Below, piece after piece: positions 37,651 through 47,935 of a stretch of DNA of 64,000 bases (position 1 is the stretch's first letter; every line of letters begins with the position of its first letter). The stretch is from Pseudothermotoga sp. (GTDB lineage Bacteria > Thermotogota > Thermotogae > Thermotogales > DSM-5069). Below the pieces are notes generated by a model. That model was not told the DNA's origin. It did no database searches and was given only the letters and a program-made list of their open reading frames with translations. A program made the position numbers and the translations under genes. The stretch is taken from NCBI GenBank assembly GCA_031962025.1, contig JAVRKW010000004.1. One strand, given 5' to 3'.

Positions 37651-39562
37651 CTTGATCACCTCTGATGATTTTGCCCACATTTGAAAGATCATACCCCTGC
37701 CATGTCAATGCACGGTTACAAAAATCCTTTGAAAGTATCAGATTCATTATCAATTGGAATCGATAGTCCTGAATGAATTCTGGTAAAACCAGCAGATCGT
37801 ACTCTTCCCAGAACATGGGGATGAAATCAAGATCCATGATCTGTGCCACTGATGCTATGCCAAGTCCAACATCTGCCAGATTTTTTTTGATCTTCAATGC
37901 AAGGTTTATGTGTGTGTATTCCTCGTCATCGTACCCATTTATCTGTGAGCGATCTATGCCGAGTTTTTCTATGTGATAGTCAAGCAGAACTCTGGTGCCC
38001 GAAGCCTTTTGTCTGTTGACAAACCTCACATCTTTTCGTGTCAAATCTGTGAGGTCTTTTATTCCCTTGGGATTTGATTTCTGCACAATCAAGCCCTGGT
38101 TGCGTTTTATGAACTTGACGAGCACAAAATCTTTCAAATATTTTCTTAAATACGAAAGATTGTATTCACCTGAACTTGGATCTAAAAGATGCATTCCGCC
38201 AATGTGAGCGTAACCTTTTGAAATTGATATCAACCCGCCCATGCTGCCCACATTTGTCACATTCAGATTTATGGTGAAGTCTTTTTCCTTGATCATATCT
38301 GCCAGAATAGATAAAATTGGGTCGTTGCTTCCCATGAAAATGATGTTTTTGTCAATTTCTTCGATGGATTTACAGGTCTTCACGGTAATTTTTTGACCTT
38401 CGTCCAACACCTCGATTCCTTTTGGTACCGTAACAGTTCCATCCATTTTGGCAAGTGCCTCCATACTCGCGGCTCCTCTTTTTAATGGGACAAAGACGTA
38501 CTTGTCTTTTACCTTGCCCAGACTAACTCTTATGTATTCATCTTCGGAAACGGCTGAAAAAATTCTGCGGGTCGATATGGCTTGTACAACAGCTTCACCA
38601 GCCGGCAAAATTTTGTACTTTTCAAAAATTATGGGCTTGACAATCTGTTCAAGGACTGCAAAACAGGAGCCGGGGTATCCCGGCAAGCCAATGACCGGTC
38701 TGTCGTTGACCACTGCCAGGATTGTGGGTTTTCCAGGTCTTATATTCAGACCGTGAGCAACAATCTGACCAAGATTGTTCAGAACATGATAGGAATAATC
38801 AAAGCTACCGGCTGAAGATCCAGCATTTATCAAAACCATGTCGTATGACGAACATGCACTTGAAAGAGCAGACAGTATCGATTCGTATCTATCTTCCACG
38901 GGCGTATGTACATCCACAATCACGTTCATATCACTCAGATAATTCGCTATGAGCGTCGAATTTGTTTCTGGTATCAAGCCTTCACCAATTTCACTTTCTG
39001 GTGATACGATTTCATTACCCGTGGGAATGACCATCACCCTCATCTTTTTTATGACTTCCACCTCAAAAACACCGGCAGCCAGCAGTAGAGAAATATCATA
39101 AGCTCTCAGAAGATGATAACGTGTAAAGACCATGTCTTTTTCACAGACATCTTCCCCTACTAAGCGCACGTTGTGAAATGGTGGTACTGATTCAAAAATC
39201 TGAACATGTTCATCGTCTATTACATGAACATCTTCAATCATTATCACTGCATCAAAAGGTGGTTCAAGTTTGTTGCCGGTATTTACAAATTTGAACTGAT
39301 CCTTAGAAAGAACCTTTGGACTGGTTTTGGTTGCTCCGATGGTATCAAGGCTTTTTATCAATATCCCGTCCATTGCGGCGCTGTTGTAAGTGGGTACACT
39401 TCTGTTTGCATAAACTGGTCTGGCAAGGACCCTACCAAGTGCCTGGGTTGTAGGTATGATCTGCGTCTGAGGAACAAAAAAACCCACCTGCTGAAGTTTC
39501 TCTTTATAACTTTGCAGTGCCTGAGAAATATCGAGTTTCTTTAGATATATCTTTCGCTCCAT
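37643..39562 (-). CDS. MoeA fused to a periplasmic-binding-protein-like (PBP/LysR substrate-binding) domain
   Basis: AAMDG, GLPGYP, then GSNDP, VGSMGGL, FVNRQKASGTR and EEYTH motifs. Confidence 0.9.
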   Translation of the reverse strand: MERKIYLKKLDISQALQSYKEKLQQVGFFVPQTQIIPTTQALGRVLARPVYANRSVPTYNSAAMDGILIKSLDTIGATKTSPKVLSKDQFKFVNTGNKLEPPFDAVIMIEDVHVIDDEHVQIFESVPPFHNVRLVGEDVCEKDMVFTRYHLLRAYDISLLLAAGVFEVEVIKKMRVMVIPTGNEIVSPESEIGEGLIPETNSTLIANYLSDMNVIVDVHTPVEDRYESILSALSSACSSYDMVLINAGSSAGSFDYSYHVLNNLGQIVAHGLNIRPGKPTILAVVNDRPVIGLPGYPGSCFAVLEQIVKPIIFEKYKILPAGEAVVQAISTRRIFSAVSEDEYIRVSLGKVKDKYVFVPLKRGAASMEALAKMDGTVTVPKGIEVLDEGQKITVKTCKSIEEIDKNIIFMGSNDPILSILADMIKEKDFTINLNVTNVGSMGGLISISKGYAHIGGMHLLDPSSGEYNLSYLRKYLKDFVLVKFIKRNQGLIVQKSNPKGIKDLTDLTRKDVRFVNRQKASGTRVLLDYHIEKLGIDRSQINGYDDEEYTHINLALKIKKNLADVGLGIASVAQIMDLDFIPMFWEEYDLLVLPEFIQDYRFQLIMNLILSKDFCNRALTWQGYDLSNVGKIIRGDQVD

Positions 39563-39704
39563 ATAATGTACCTCCACAAGAGAAATTTTATCAAGGATAA
39601 AGCAAGAAGATTCCATCTTCTACAAGATGAAGATGAATTGCTAACAGTATGGTACAACATTTTTGAAGGTATCTGGTGAGTCTCAGATAACCAGTAGTGG
39701 GTGT

Positions 39705-39791
39705 GTGAACCACCCTGTGAGAATAAGGGCAGCTAAATTGCTGCCAAATTTCTCATAAAGCCTCTATCTTTTTAGGTGGATGGTAGTTCAC
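39705..39791. mobile_element. 87-bp MITE-like structured element with IS200/IS605-end-like sequence
   Basis: Terminal inverted repeat GTGAACCACC...GGTAGTTCAC (9/10). Nested stems TGAGAA/TTCTCA and GGCAGC/GCTGCC. 3' end AAGCCTCTATCTTTTTAGGTGGATGGTAGTTCAC. Confidence 0.5.
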
Positions 39792-39808
39792 CCAATCAGG
39801 ATGAATGC

Positions 39809-39831
39809 AAAAACGCCGGCTTTCGCCGGCG
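39809..39831 (-). terminator. Intrinsic terminator of the 39850..40449 gene
   Basis: CGCCGGC-GAAA-GCCGGCG followed by TTTTT on the minus strand. Confidence 0.85.
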
Positions 39832-39849
39832 CACTCGAGGGGGTGGGGG

Positions 39850-40449
39850 TTACTGGAGGTATGCTCTTAACGCTTCTTCAAAATCATCGTCCAGAAGAAT
39901 TGCAAGTTTAAATGCACCCTTTGTGTTATCAAAAGATCTGTTCATCATCTTGTCGCGCAAGGGCATTGCTGGTATCTGGTTTTTACTGCCAAAAGGTCTC
40001 AACGGCATTTGCCTTTGCTGAATCTGTCTTTGCTGAAATTGGTTTGCATAGTCTTTGAATTTGTTGAAATAGTAATTTCTGAGATTTTCAAGCTGTGATA
40101 CCTTGAGGATATCTGCAATCTTTTTCTCGGCTTCTTGAAGTATCTGTGCGCGTTCCTGATTCAGCGCTCTTTTTTCAGTTGCAAATTCGTTGAGTGTCAT
40201 GTCCTTGGATTTCTCAAGCAAAGCTTGGTATTTTTGCTCAAGTTCATTCAGTTGCTGTTTTGTTTCTGTGATTACTCCCAAGAGCTGCTGTGCCTGGTCT
40301 TTTGAAAGATCAAGAGCCTTGATAAATTCGGTGTAATTGAGCTGTTTGTTGATCTGCCTCATGTTTCCGTAACCTTTGCCAAAAACTCCTGCAAAACTCA
40401 ATGCTGCCACCAGAACTAAGCTTACAAGTACCACTGCCACTTTTTTCAC
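39850..40449 (-). CDS. Exported helical protein, Spy/CpxP-like
   Basis: Signal peptide. 'ALDLSKDQAQQL' and 'ILKVSQLE' resemble LTxxQ motifs. GGAGGTG RBS. Confidence 0.65.
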   Translation of the reverse strand: MKKVAVVLVSLVLVAALSFAGVFGKGYGNMRQINKQLNYTEFIKALDLSKDQAQQLLGVITETKQQLNELEQKYQALLEKSKDMTLNEFATEKRALNQERAQILQEAEKKIADILKVSQLENLRNYYFNKFKDYANQFQQRQIQQRQMPLRPFGSKNQIPAMPLRDKMMNRSFDNTKGAFKLAILLDDDFEEALRAYLQ

Positions 40450-40589
40450 TCAAATCACCTCCGTGAATTTTTCTGTTCACTATAATTGTCCTATTTTAAA
40501 AGTTATATGTTCTACTTTTTAAGAAAACTCTAATAAAACCAGATACCGTATGCAGAGGAGTAAAATTTTTTCAAACAGCAAGAAAGAAG

Positions 40590-42209
40590 GTGGATGCTGT
40601 GGATGAATATGAAGTTTTTGAAACGATGAGATTCATCAGTTCTTTTCACAGAGCAAGGGGAAGTGATGATTTCAAAAATCTCGTAAAAAGACTGGTGGAG
40701 ATGTTACTTGAATGGGGGATCGACGAAAAAAAGATCAACGTACTTGAATATCCAACAGGTGGCGTTAGATATGGAAATTTTGAATCCACGATGGTGTGGA
40801 ACATAAAAGATGCTGAACTGTGGCTTGAAAGTCCAAGGATTTTCTTGAATTCTTTCAGATCATGCAAGGTCAGCGTTCTTTTTGGAAGTAGCTCAACAAA
40901 TGGCTGGCAATCCTTGGAGCTGGTCGATGAAAATTATCAGGGGGATTTCTCGAACAAGGCTGTACTGGTGAATGAAAATCCTTCAAAAGCCTTCAAAAGG
41001 TATGTCAGGGAACTGGGGGCAAAATGTCTTCTTGTGTATTACATGAGATCTCAGGATGAATCAATTGGTAGAACTCCTGAAAAAATGCCGCAGACCGTGA
41101 ACTATCTCTCCCTGCCCCATACACTTGAAGACAGCAAATACAAAGCTTTTGGTTTTTCGCTCGATTTCAATCAGTTCAGATTGCTCAAACAGCTTTCCAA
41201 CAAAGGAAATAGAGTCAGATTGTTCATAGATAGTGAATTAAAAACTGGTACTTTGCAGGTTCTTCGAATCAGATTTTCTAACAACTCAAATAGGAGAATC
41301 GGTATAGTGGCACATCTATGCCATCCCAGTCCTGGAGCGAATGACAATGCTTCAGGATCTGCTCTGGCACTGCATATCTGTAAGGAATTGGAAAACTTAA
41401 AACTCGGTATAAACGTCGATGTACTTCTTTTGCCTGAGTTCTACGGCAGCCTGCCATACGCAGCCCAGAATAACTATGACTGCGTTATCAACCTGGATAT
41501 GGTTGGAGAAGATCAAACAAAAACAGGAGCCACTCTACTGCTTCATGAAACACCATTTCTTCTACCTGGTTATTACGATCAATTGCTGTACGAATCTTTG
41601 ATGAAATTTGCACCAACCAGCTCGGAATCATACAGCAAAAGATTTTTCAGAGTGAGATTCAAAAGTGGATCAGATCACGTTGTCTTTGAAAATTATCACA
41701 CTCCTTCACCGTTCATCGGTCACTGGCCAGACAGGTATTACCACACCAGTGAAGATACACCGGACAAATGTGATCCTTCGATGTTCAGATGGATTGGTCA
41801 GGCTGTACTGCACACCCTGATGCTCTCGGCTGATATACCAGAACACATAAAGGAACTTTCAAACTCAAGGGTAAGGTCTTTTTTGATGAACATACAGGAT
41901 CTTGCCGGAGCAGATCTGATCCGAATGGTAATTGAAAACAGAACCAGCTTTTGCCGTGAAAATATCAAAAAGAAAATAGAACCGGTGAATGAAGGTCCGC
42001 TTGGTTATGAGTGGCTCGATAAAACCGGTGAACTGGCGAACGAAAGATACATGGTTGACCTGGGAGAGATTTTAAATTTAAGTGCAAGGTACTTGAACGA
42101 CTACGACGCCTGTGTTACATTCGCTTCTGCCTATTTGAATATCGATAAAAGAAAAGTCGCAGATGTGCTCGATCTGTTGATCAAAAATGATTTGTTGAGA
42201 GTACGGTAA
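40590..42209 (+). CDS. DUF4910 / M28-family aminopeptidase-like protein
   Basis: AHLCHP, GANDNASG, PEFYG, NLDMVG, GSDH and YYHTSED motifs. Confidence 0.85.
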   Translation: MDAVDEYEVFETMRFISSFHRARGSDDFKNLVKRLVEMLLEWGIDEKKINVLEYPTGGVRYGNFESTMVWNIKDAELWLESPRIFLNSFRSCKVSVLFGSSSTNGWQSLELVDENYQGDFSNKAVLVNENPSKAFKRYVRELGAKCLLVYYMRSQDESIGRTPEKMPQTVNYLSLPHTLEDSKYKAFGFSLDFNQFRLLKQLSNKGNRVRLFIDSELKTGTLQVLRIRFSNNSNRRIGIVAHLCHPSPGANDNASGSALALHICKELENLKLGINVDVLLLPEFYGSLPYAAQNNYDCVINLDMVGEDQTKTGATLLLHETPFLLPGYYDQLLYESLMKFAPTSSESYSKRFFRVRFKSGSDHVVFENYHTPSPFIGHWPDRYYHTSEDTPDKCDPSMFRWIGQAVLHTLMLSADIPEHIKELSNSRVRSFLMNIQDLAGADLIRMVIENRTSFCRENIKKKIEPVNEGPLGYEWLDKTGELANERYMVDLGEILNLSARYLNDYDACVTFASAYLNIDKRKVADVLDLLIKNDLLRVR

Positions 42210-42259
42210 TTATATTATTTTGTCAGTACAAAATAACTTTATAAACCCAATATGAATAC

Positions 42260-42289
42260 TTGACTTTTAATGTAAACCCGTGGTAAATT
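42260..42289 (+). promoter_or_regulatory. Putative sigma70 promoter of the ABC operon
   Basis: TTGACT, 18 bp spacer, TAAATT preceded by TG. Confidence 0.55.
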
Positions 42290-42344
42290 ATATACAGTGT
42301 TATTGAAGAAAGTGTGAACATACCACAATTGGGGAGGTGTATCC

Positions 42345-43898
42345 ATGAAAAAGTTTTTGCTGGTAATTGCACTGATCACGGCGGTAGCATTTGTTTTTGC
42401 ACAAACTCCAAAAAGAGGCGGAGTGGTGTACGATTACTGGACAGCTGATCGCATGACCTTTGACCCACAGGAAGATACCTACTTGCAGACATACGCCATG
42501 GCTCGTTTGCTTTTCAGCACACTGGTAAGGTACAGGGGAGATACACTTGAGCTGGAACCAGAATTGCTCGCAAAAATGCCGTTGATTTCGCAGAATGGTC
42601 TTGTCTACACATTTGAATTGAAAAAAGGAATTAAATTTCAAGACGGCAAAACAGAACTCACCAGCGACGATGTCAGATTCACCATTGAAAGAATGCTCAG
42701 TCCAAAAGGCAGGGGTGCAAGCAAGTGGCTCTTTGAACCAATACTCGGTGCTGCTGCATTCATGAAAGGTGAAGCCACTTCTATCGAAGGTTTTAAGAAA
42801 ATCGATGATTACAGATTCCAGATCATTCTTGAGAAACCCTATGCTCCTTTCCTGCAAAATCTTGCTGTACCTGCGGCAAGCATACTCTCTGAAAAACTCG
42901 TAACAGCCGCAGGAGACAACTGGAGACTCAACCCTGTCGGAACAGGTCCATTCAGATTGAAATCTCACACTCCAAATACCGAAATAGTCTTTGAGAGAAA
43001 TCCGTATTATTTTGAAGAAGGTTTGCCATATCTGGATGGAATAGTTTACAGAATCATACCGGAGTCATCTGTGGCACTGATGGAATTCGAAGCAGGTACT
43101 CTGGACGTTGTAACCATACCCGTGCTGGAGTACGAAAGGATTAAGAAAACCGGAAAATACAACATCATTGAAAAGGAAGCGCTCAACACCTACTACTTTT
43201 TGATGAATTTGAAAGATCCAAAGTGGTCAAATCCATTGCTCAGAAAAGCAATGGCAATGGCTATTAACAAACAGGAACTTGCTCAATCGCTTTATGGTCC
43301 ACGCGCAACAGTTGCAAAAAGCTTTGTCACGCCCGGTATACCCGGTGCATATCCGCTTGGTGAAGGTCCGGCTTACGATTACAACCCACAGGAAGCCAAA
43401 AAGCTCGTTGCCCAGCTTGGAAATATAGGAAAGGTCACAGCCTGGCAGTCTGGTGGTGATACACTGAGCGATGCAAATGTGATTATACAGGCAATGGCAA
43501 AAGAAGTGGGGATCGATCTTGAAATAATACCTGTGGAAAGAGCAGCATACAAACAGGCAAGAAATGAAGGGAAGATACCTGCAACGTACTCCAACTGGTG
43601 GGCAGATATTCCAGATCCGGACAACTACATAGGGGTTTTCTTTGCCAAGGGGAACCAGATGTCTTCTGGTTACAACAACGAAGAAGTTCAGGAAATGATA
43701 GAAAAAGCTAAAACAGAAGTAGATCCAAAGAAAAGAGAACAGATGTACAGAGAAATTGAATACAAAATAGTTAGAGAAGACGTTGCTGTGATACCACTGT
43801 TCCATCTCAAGTACCTGCTTGCGACACAGAAAAATGTACACGGAGTCATAGCTCATCCAACTGGTATTACCATATACCTGTACGCATACAAAGAATGA
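42345..43898 (+). CDS. Peptide ABC transporter substrate-binding protein (family 5)
   Basis: Signal peptide. YTFELKKGIKFQDG, PVGTGPF and W..DIPDPDN motifs. Confidence 0.93.
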   Translation: MKKFLLVIALITAVAFVFAQTPKRGGVVYDYWTADRMTFDPQEDTYLQTYAMARLLFSTLVRYRGDTLELEPELLAKMPLISQNGLVYTFELKKGIKFQDGKTELTSDDVRFTIERMLSPKGRGASKWLFEPILGAAAFMKGEATSIEGFKKIDDYRFQIILEKPYAPFLQNLAVPAASILSEKLVTAAGDNWRLNPVGTGPFRLKSHTPNTEIVFERNPYYFEEGLPYLDGIVYRIIPESSVALMEFEAGTLDVVTIPVLEYERIKKTGKYNIIEKEALNTYYFLMNLKDPKWSNPLLRKAMAMAINKQELAQSLYGPRATVAKSFVTPGIPGAYPLGEGPAYDYNPQEAKKLVAQLGNIGKVTAWQSGGDTLSDANVIIQAMAKEVGIDLEIIPVERAAYKQARNEGKIPATYSNWWADIPDPDNYIGVFFAKGNQMSSGYNNEEVQEMIEKAKTEVDPKKREQMYREIEYKIVREDVAVIPLFHLKYLLATQKNVHGVIAHPTGITIYLYAYKE

Positions 43899-43903
43899 GC
43901 AAT

Positions 43904-43931
43904 GAGCGGAGGCATCCCCTCCGCTCTTTTT
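43904..43931 (+). terminator. Hairpin after the SBP gene (partial terminator or mRNA stabiliser)
   Basis: GAGCGGAGG-CATCC-CCTCCGCTC followed by TTTTT. Confidence 0.75.
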
Positions 43932-43946
43932 AGGAGGATGTAAAAA

Positions 43947-44867
43947 GTGATTCAGTACATAATTCGCCGTTTGATCTTTTCGATACCGGTTGTCATCGGT
44001 GTCACTTTGATAACTTTCATACTTTTGAACGTCGTACCGGGTGATCCCGTACTTGAGATGGTTGGTAAATACGCAGATCCTCAAACTGTGGCACAGATCA
44101 GAGAACAGCTGGGTTTGAATGATCCTCTGGTTATTCAATATCTGAGATTTGTATTCAATGCCGCTCGTGGAGATCTTGGCAAATCCTTTAAAACGGGAGT
44201 GGCTGTCTCAAAGATGATTGCCGAGGCATTTCCAACCACTCTGAAGCTTGCAGCTTCCGCGTATCTTGTGGCAATTGTACTTGGAATTTCCGTTGGTATC
44301 ATCTCAGCCGTCAAGCAGTATTCCTTTTTCGATCACTCTATGATGATAGTTGCTCTTGCTGGAATAAGCGCCCCCGTTTTCTGGGTTGCCATAGTTGCGC
44401 AATTGATCTTTGGCTTGAAATTGGGCTGGTTTCCCATATCAGGTTACTACAGTATCAAGCACATGATAATGCCAGCCATAGTCCTTGGAATAAGGTTTGC
44501 CGCATCAATTGCCCGCTATACCAGAAGTGCTCTTTTGGATGTTATCCGCCAGGACTACATAAGAACCGCCAGAGCAAAGGGATTAGCTGAAAGATCGGTG
44601 ATCTTTGTTCATGCTCTGAAAAACGCCATGATTCCGGTGGTTACAATTCTTGGTATGCAGTTGAGCGGGCTTTTGACCGGCTCAATACTCACCGAAACCG
44701 TCTTTGCCATACCTGGTCTTGGAAGGCTTTCGGTCTGGGCTCTATCGGAAAGGGATTATCCACTTGTACAGGGTGTAGTACTGTTCACAGCGGTTATATA
44801 CATTCTTGGTAATTTGATCGTTGATATCTCCTATGCCTTTCTCAATCCAAGAATTCGACTGCAGTAG
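43947..44867 (+). CDS. Peptide ABC transporter permease (OppB/DppB)
   Basis: PGDP, GDLGKS and DYIRTARAKGL EAA loop. Confidence 0.93.
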   Translation: MIQYIIRRLIFSIPVVIGVTLITFILLNVVPGDPVLEMVGKYADPQTVAQIREQLGLNDPLVIQYLRFVFNAARGDLGKSFKTGVAVSKMIAEAFPTTLKLAASAYLVAIVLGISVGIISAVKQYSFFDHSMMIVALAGISAPVFWVAIVAQLIFGLKLGWFPISGYYSIKHMIMPAIVLGIRFAASIARYTRSALLDVIRQDYIRTARAKGLAERSVIFVHALKNAMIPVVTILGMQLSGLLTGSILTETVFAIPGLGRLSVWALSERDYPLVQGVVLFTAVIYILGNLIVDISYAFLNPRIRLQ

Positions 44868-44879
44868 GGGGTAACAAAA

Positions 44880-45761
44880 GTGGCTGAGAAAAAATCGTTA
44901 TCGCTGTACAAAGATGCATACAAAAGATTGAAAAGAAACAAACCCGCGATTTTTGGACTGGTATTCATCGTGATAATCGTTTTTGTTGCTGTCTTTGCAC
45001 CACTTTTGGCTCCCGCCGACCCGAACAAAATAGATCTTCCCAATCGTTTGAAAACAATGGGTGCACCATCGAGAATATGTAAAAACGGTGTTTACTTGCT
45101 TGGCTCTGATGAATTTGGAAGAGATATTCTCTCCAGACTGATTTACGGTGCAAGGGTTTCTTTGATAGTAGGTGTTGTTACTCAGTTTATAACAGCCTTT
45201 ATAGGAATAGTCATAGGATCACTGGCAGGATATTACGGTGGAACGATAGATATGGTCACGATGAGAATAGCTGATATGCTGTTCGCCTTTCCAGATTTAC
45301 TGTTTTACATAGGCATGATGTTTGCACTCGGTCCAGGTATTGTGAATATGTTCATAGCTCTGTCCGTTATAGGCTGGGCTGGAAGTGCACGACTGGTTAG
45401 AAGTCAGGTAATCGCCTTGAAAGAAACGGAGTTCGTTGAAGCCGCAAAGGCTCAGGGGCTTTCAGATTTCAGAATCATTGTAAAACACATCCTTCCAAAC
45501 TGCATGGGTCCAATTATTGTTTCTATTTCCATAGGTATTCCCGGGTCCATCCTGGCAGAAGCGGGTCTTTCGTTTCTGGGACTTGGAATACTTCCTCCAA
45601 CACCGAGCTGGGGTAATATGATAAGAGCGGCAAGTTCGTATTTGAGAATTCAACCATGGTATGCAGTCTGGCCCGGTGTTGTTTTAATGCTGACGACCTT
45701 TTCTTTCAACCTGCTTGGTGATGGCTTACGCGATGCGCTGGATCCAAGGTTGAAACAGTGA
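44880..45761 (+). CDS. Peptide ABC transporter permease (OppC/DppC)
   Basis: LGSDEFGRD, EFVEAAKAQG and GDGLRDALDP motifs. Confidence 0.93.
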   Translation: MAEKKSLSLYKDAYKRLKRNKPAIFGLVFIVIIVFVAVFAPLLAPADPNKIDLPNRLKTMGAPSRICKNGVYLLGSDEFGRDILSRLIYGARVSLIVGVVTQFITAFIGIVIGSLAGYYGGTIDMVTMRIADMLFAFPDLLFYIGMMFALGPGIVNMFIALSVIGWAGSARLVRSQVIALKETEFVEAAKAQGLSDFRIIVKHILPNCMGPIIVSISIGIPGSILAEAGLSFLGLGILPPTPSWGNMIRAASSYLRIQPWYAVWPGVVLMLTTFSFNLLGDGLRDALDPRLKQ

Positions 45762-45770
45762 GGTGATACC

Positions 45771-46910
45771 GTGTTTAAAAGAATGATTCTGATCACAATC
45801 TTTCTTTTTGCATATATCGTTGGGAGTGGTGGAGCTATGGAGCTTTTGGAAAAAGCCAATCAGATAATAGCGGATTTCAAAAGCCAGATGAAGATCGACA
45901 CAAGAGAAGTGGTTTTTACAGTTCGTGTTGATGCATCAGATAGTGAAATTAAACTGATTGGAGAAATAAGCGACATTAAGTTGAAAGATGCGCTCATTAG
46001 CAAATTAACCGAGGTTTTGAAAGTACCTGTGGACGACAGATTGACTGTTCTGCCTGAGGATTCTCTCGGTGAAAAGAAATTTGCTGTGGTCAAAGTTGCG
46101 GTGACGAATCTGATGGATGGTCCAAGAAAAACTTTGCAGAAAAACGCAGTAACACAGGCAAGAATGGGTGAAATAGTCAGGTTACTGAAGCAGAATGGTG
46201 AGTGGTATCTTGTTCAGATGGAAGATTCTTACATAGGCTGGGTCGATGGCAAAAATCTGTGGATAATAGATGAGATGACGCTGAATGACTATCTGTCAAA
46301 GAGTTTCGCTTTGGTGAAGAGCAAGTTCGCCGATGTTTACAGCCAGATGGACGAGCAAAGTAAAGTAGATGAAAAGCTCGTACAGGGTACGGTCATCCCT
46401 TATGTGCAGATCTATGGTGATTGGTCTGTGGTGGAGTTGCCCGGTAGAGAAAGGGTGTGCTTGAAAAGCTCTGATCTGGAATTTTTCAACTCGCGAGAAG
46501 AGGTTTTTGCAACCAAAAAAGGTGCCGATTACATAATCCAAATTGCAAAACAGTACCTTGGTCTTCCTTATCTTTGGGCTGGTACCACCTCATTTGGTTT
46601 TGATTGCTCTGGTTTCACACAGTTCTGTTTCAAAATGGCTGGCTATTTTTTAAGAAGAGATGCAGATATGCAGTTTGAACAGGGTGAGGTGGTTGAAAAC
46701 AGAGAAGATCTGCAGCCGGCAGATCTGGTGTTTTTCCAGACGTATAAGCCCGGTCCTTCACACGTAGGTATTTACATAGGTGACATGAAGTACATTCACT
46801 CTGGAAGTAACGGTGTGGCGATCAACAGTTTTGACTCATCCAGCCCCGAATACTCGGAAAGCCTTGACAAAAAATACATAGGTGCTCGAAGAATCCTTCC
46901 GCGGTGGTGA
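45771..46910 (+). CDS. NlpC/P60 (C40) peptidase with SH3-like domains, YkfC-like
   Basis: YLGLPYLWAG, GFDCSG catalytic Cys, HVGIY..YIHS. Upstream WYLV..EDSYIGWV is SH3b-like. Confidence 0.88.
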   Translation: MFKRMILITIFLFAYIVGSGGAMELLEKANQIIADFKSQMKIDTREVVFTVRVDASDSEIKLIGEISDIKLKDALISKLTEVLKVPVDDRLTVLPEDSLGEKKFAVVKVAVTNLMDGPRKTLQKNAVTQARMGEIVRLLKQNGEWYLVQMEDSYIGWVDGKNLWIIDEMTLNDYLSKSFALVKSKFADVYSQMDEQSKVDEKLVQGTVIPYVQIYGDWSVVELPGRERVCLKSSDLEFFNSREEVFATKKGADYIIQIAKQYLGLPYLWAGTTSFGFDCSGFTQFCFKMAGYFLRRDADMQFEQGEVVENREDLQPADLVFFQTYKPGPSHVGIYIGDMKYIHSGSNGVAINSFDSSSPEYSESLDKKYIGARRILPRW

Positions 46911-46914
46911 GTGG

Positions 46915-47889
46915 ATGAACATACTTCAGATTGAAGATCTGTCCGTAAAATTCTTCACAGGTGACGGAATAGTCAATGCGGTGGATCACGTGACCTTTTC
47001 AATAGGAAAGGAAGAAGTTCTCGGACTGGTTGGAGAATCTGGTTGCGGCAAATCTGTAACATCACTTGCTATAATGAGATTACTGCCGATGCCACCGGCA
47101 AAAATTACATCTGGCAGGATCATTTTCGAGAAAGAAAATTTACTTGAAAAACCAGAATCAGAAATGAGACAGATCAGGGGCAATGTGATCTCGATGATCT
47201 TTCAGGAACCGATGACATCGCTCAACCCGGTAATCACCATCGGAAAGCAGATATCCGAGGCAATCATTGTGCACCAGAATGTCAGCAAAGATGAAGCCAG
47301 AAAAAGAGCCATCGAAATGCTCAAAGTCGTTGGCATCCCAAACCCTGAAAAGCGGTACAATGATTATCCCCACCAGATGTCAGGTGGAATGAGGCAGAGA
47401 GTCATGATAGCGATGGCTCTATCTTGCAACCCAAAGCTCCTCATTGCCGATGAGCCAACAACGGCTCTTGATGTGACGGTGCAAGCCCAGATACTCGATC
47501 TGATGATGGATTTGAAAAGAAAATTCGGCATGAGTCTGCTTTTGATAACACACGATCTTGGAGTAATTGCCGAGATGTGCGACAGAGTTTTGGTAATGTA
47601 TGCCGGGCAAATAGTTGAAGAAGCCCCCTGCATGGAATTGTTCGACAATCCACTGCATCCGTACACGGTCGGATTGTTGAAATCAATACCAAAACTCGAA
47701 CCAGGAAAACACCCGCTTCACACGATTGAAGGTAATGTCCCAAATGCAATTGAATTTCCAAGTGGTTGTAGATTTCATCCAAGATGTGATAAAGCTATTC
47801 AAATCTGCAGGCAGAAGGCTCCCTCACTGATAAATCTTTCAAATAGAAAGGTCAGATGCTTTTTGAGGGGTTCTGTTCCAGAGGATTAA
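46915..47889 (+). CDS. Peptide ABC transporter ATPase (OppD/DppD)
   Basis: GESGCGKS, MSGGMRQR and GCRFHPRC motifs. Confidence 0.95.
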   Translation: MNILQIEDLSVKFFTGDGIVNAVDHVTFSIGKEEVLGLVGESGCGKSVTSLAIMRLLPMPPAKITSGRIIFEKENLLEKPESEMRQIRGNVISMIFQEPMTSLNPVITIGKQISEAIIVHQNVSKDEARKRAIEMLKVVGIPNPEKRYNDYPHQMSGGMRQRVMIAMALSCNPKLLIADEPTTALDVTVQAQILDLMMDLKRKFGMSLLLITHDLGVIAEMCDRVLVMYAGQIVEEAPCMELFDNPLHPYTVGLLKSIPKLEPGKHPLHTIEGNVPNAIEFPSGCRFHPRCDKAIQICRQKAPSLINLSNRKVRCFLRGSVPED

Positions 47890-47935
47890 AAAGCCATGGG
47901 TTTGGAAAATCTATGTGTTATTAAGAGGTGAAAAA

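Noticed and set aside
39563..39800. Moco/Wco riboswitch upstream of the moeA operon
   Set aside because: No riboswitch consensus recognisable on the minus strand, and the structured segment folds better on the plus strand. A cmscan would be decisive.
42300..44138. Antisense ORFs of 222 aa and 303 aa opposite the SBP and permease
   Set aside because: Non-protein-like composition, fully overlapping confident genes.
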